In this document: positions 38,178 to 39,176 of the stretch, one piece after another | Layout of the letters: the number at the start of each line of letters is the position of its first letter | Numbering within the stretch: position 1 is the first letter of the stretch | The notes under the pieces: generated by a model | The model's input: only the letters and a program-made list of their open reading frames with translations | Database searches by the model: none | What the model was told of the DNA's origin: nothing | Sequence record: SRR20825019_871 | DNA length: 39,176 bases | Strand: one strand, 5' to 3' | Made by a program: the position numbers and the translations under genes

Positions 38178-39176
38178 ATGAAAAAATTCCTTATCTCTTT
38201 GCTCATCTTTGGTGGGTCAGCATCAGTATCCATAGCGCAAACCCCTGGAAATGCGCTCAAATTCGATGGCTCGAATGATTATGTTTCAGTACCATTGCCA
38301 GCATTATTTACAGACTTGGCAACGAACGATTTCACATTTGAAACGTGGGTAAATCCGACAGGCTCAGGGACACAAAGAGTCTTTTTTGCTCAATCTACTT
38401 CTACGACTTTTTGCAGTGTTCTTCTAAGCGCTTCAAATGTTCCGTATGTTTTCGTTTCGCGAAACTCTACACTATCGAGTGTAAACACCCAAACGTCATT
38501 ACCCTTGAATCAGTGGTCGCATTTAGCATGCACCTGGGATGCAAGCGCGGGAACTATCGAAGTGTACATTAACGGAGTACAAACGAATACTGTAAGCGGA
38601 GGAAGTTCTTCTCTTGGTACGGATAACATAATGACAATCGGGAGTCGCTCAGATGGCTCTCAAGTTTTGAATGGGGAAATGGACGAGGTACGCATTTGGA
38701 ATGATGTGAGAACAGTATGTGAAATTGGCGGTTCTATGCATAGTGAATTTTCGACAGCTCAGCCTAACTTAATTGCATACTACAATTTTAATCAGGGAGT
38801 AGCTGGTGGCTCTAACGCTGGAGTGAATACATTACCAGATTTTACCACGTCATTCGGTGGAACCCTGAACAATTTTGCGCTTTCTGGAGCATCGTCTAAT
38901 TGGGTAGCTTCTGGCGCAGAAATAAACCTGTTAAATCAAAACCAGAGTGTCATCAATGGAACGGACGTTCAAAATTCTTGTGTTCCATTTACGTGGGTGG
39001 ATGGGATTACATACAATTCTTCCAATAACTCAGCGACGTTTTCCTATCTGGGAGGATCCGTTTCAGGTTGCGATTCTATTGTAACGCTCGATTTGACAAT
39101 CAACACACCGTCTTCAGGAACAGATGTTCAATCTGCGTGCGATTCATACACGTGGATGGATGGAATTACATACAAC
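38178..39176 (+). CDS. Secreted LamG (concanavalin-like) domain protein with Cys-containing repeats, partial (absent from the ORF track)
   Basis: Manual translation: MKKFLISLLIFGGSASVSIA|QTPGNALKFDGSNDYV...FTFETWVNP...WSHLACTWD...VYINGV...GEMDEVRIWN...LIAYYNFNQG, then GTDVQ-x-x-C-x-x-(F/Y)TW-x-DGITYN repeats with a 159-nt period (38958, 39117). Confidence 0.88.
   Translation, partial: MKKFLISLLIFGGSASVSIAQTPGNALKFDGSNDYVSVPLPALFTDLATNDFTFETWVNPTGSGTQRVFFAQSTSTTFCSVLLSASNVPYVFVSRNSTLSSVNTQTSLPLNQWSHLACTWDASAGTIEVYINGVQTNTVSGGSSSLGTDNIMTIGSRSDGSQVLNGEMDEVRIWNDVRTVCEIGGSMHSEFSTAQPNLIAYYNFNQGVAGGSNAGVNTLPDFTTSFGGTLNNFALSGASSNWVASGAEINLLNQNQSVINGTDVQNSCVPFTWVDGITYNSSNNSATFSYLGGSVSGCDSIVTLDLTINTPSSGTDVQSACDSYTWMDGITYN

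Noticed and set aside
38345-38572. 75-aa + strand ORF
   Set aside because: It is an out-of-frame overlap within the LamG gene that starts at 38178.

Overview
Chromosomal window from a Bacteroidota genome, probably Flavobacteriales. This is inferred from TAnnTTTG -7 promoters, signal peptides followed by Gln, a GldJ/K-like protein and a hybrid TPR-HK-REC-AraC regulator. The left third is core housekeeping: DUF3109, rluF, rimP-nusA-infB, tatA-gatA-LysM transglycosylase-DUF4837-GT2-GT9, and radA. The middle holds accessory envelope and redox genes. The most notable non-routine signals are: (1) five helically phased 31-bp palindromes directly upstream of, and overlapping the ATG of, a class II Fic-wHTH gene; (2) a family of structure-conserved REP-like stem-loops (core TTCGA-N-CTCA) in two intergenic clusters, which has also entered the mnmE reading frame as four tandem 27-bp units; (3) an AT-rich islet at the mnmE 3' end with an Mrr-like nuclease, an AbiV-like protein carrying a hydrophobic helix, and a RadC-like stump; (4) a coupled pair of a 1037-aa exported helical protein with a beta-rich C-terminus and an exported trypsin-like protease. 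No CRISPR array, rRNA, complete tRNA, transposase or integrase was seen. All family calls come from motif recognition by eye, with no database searches.
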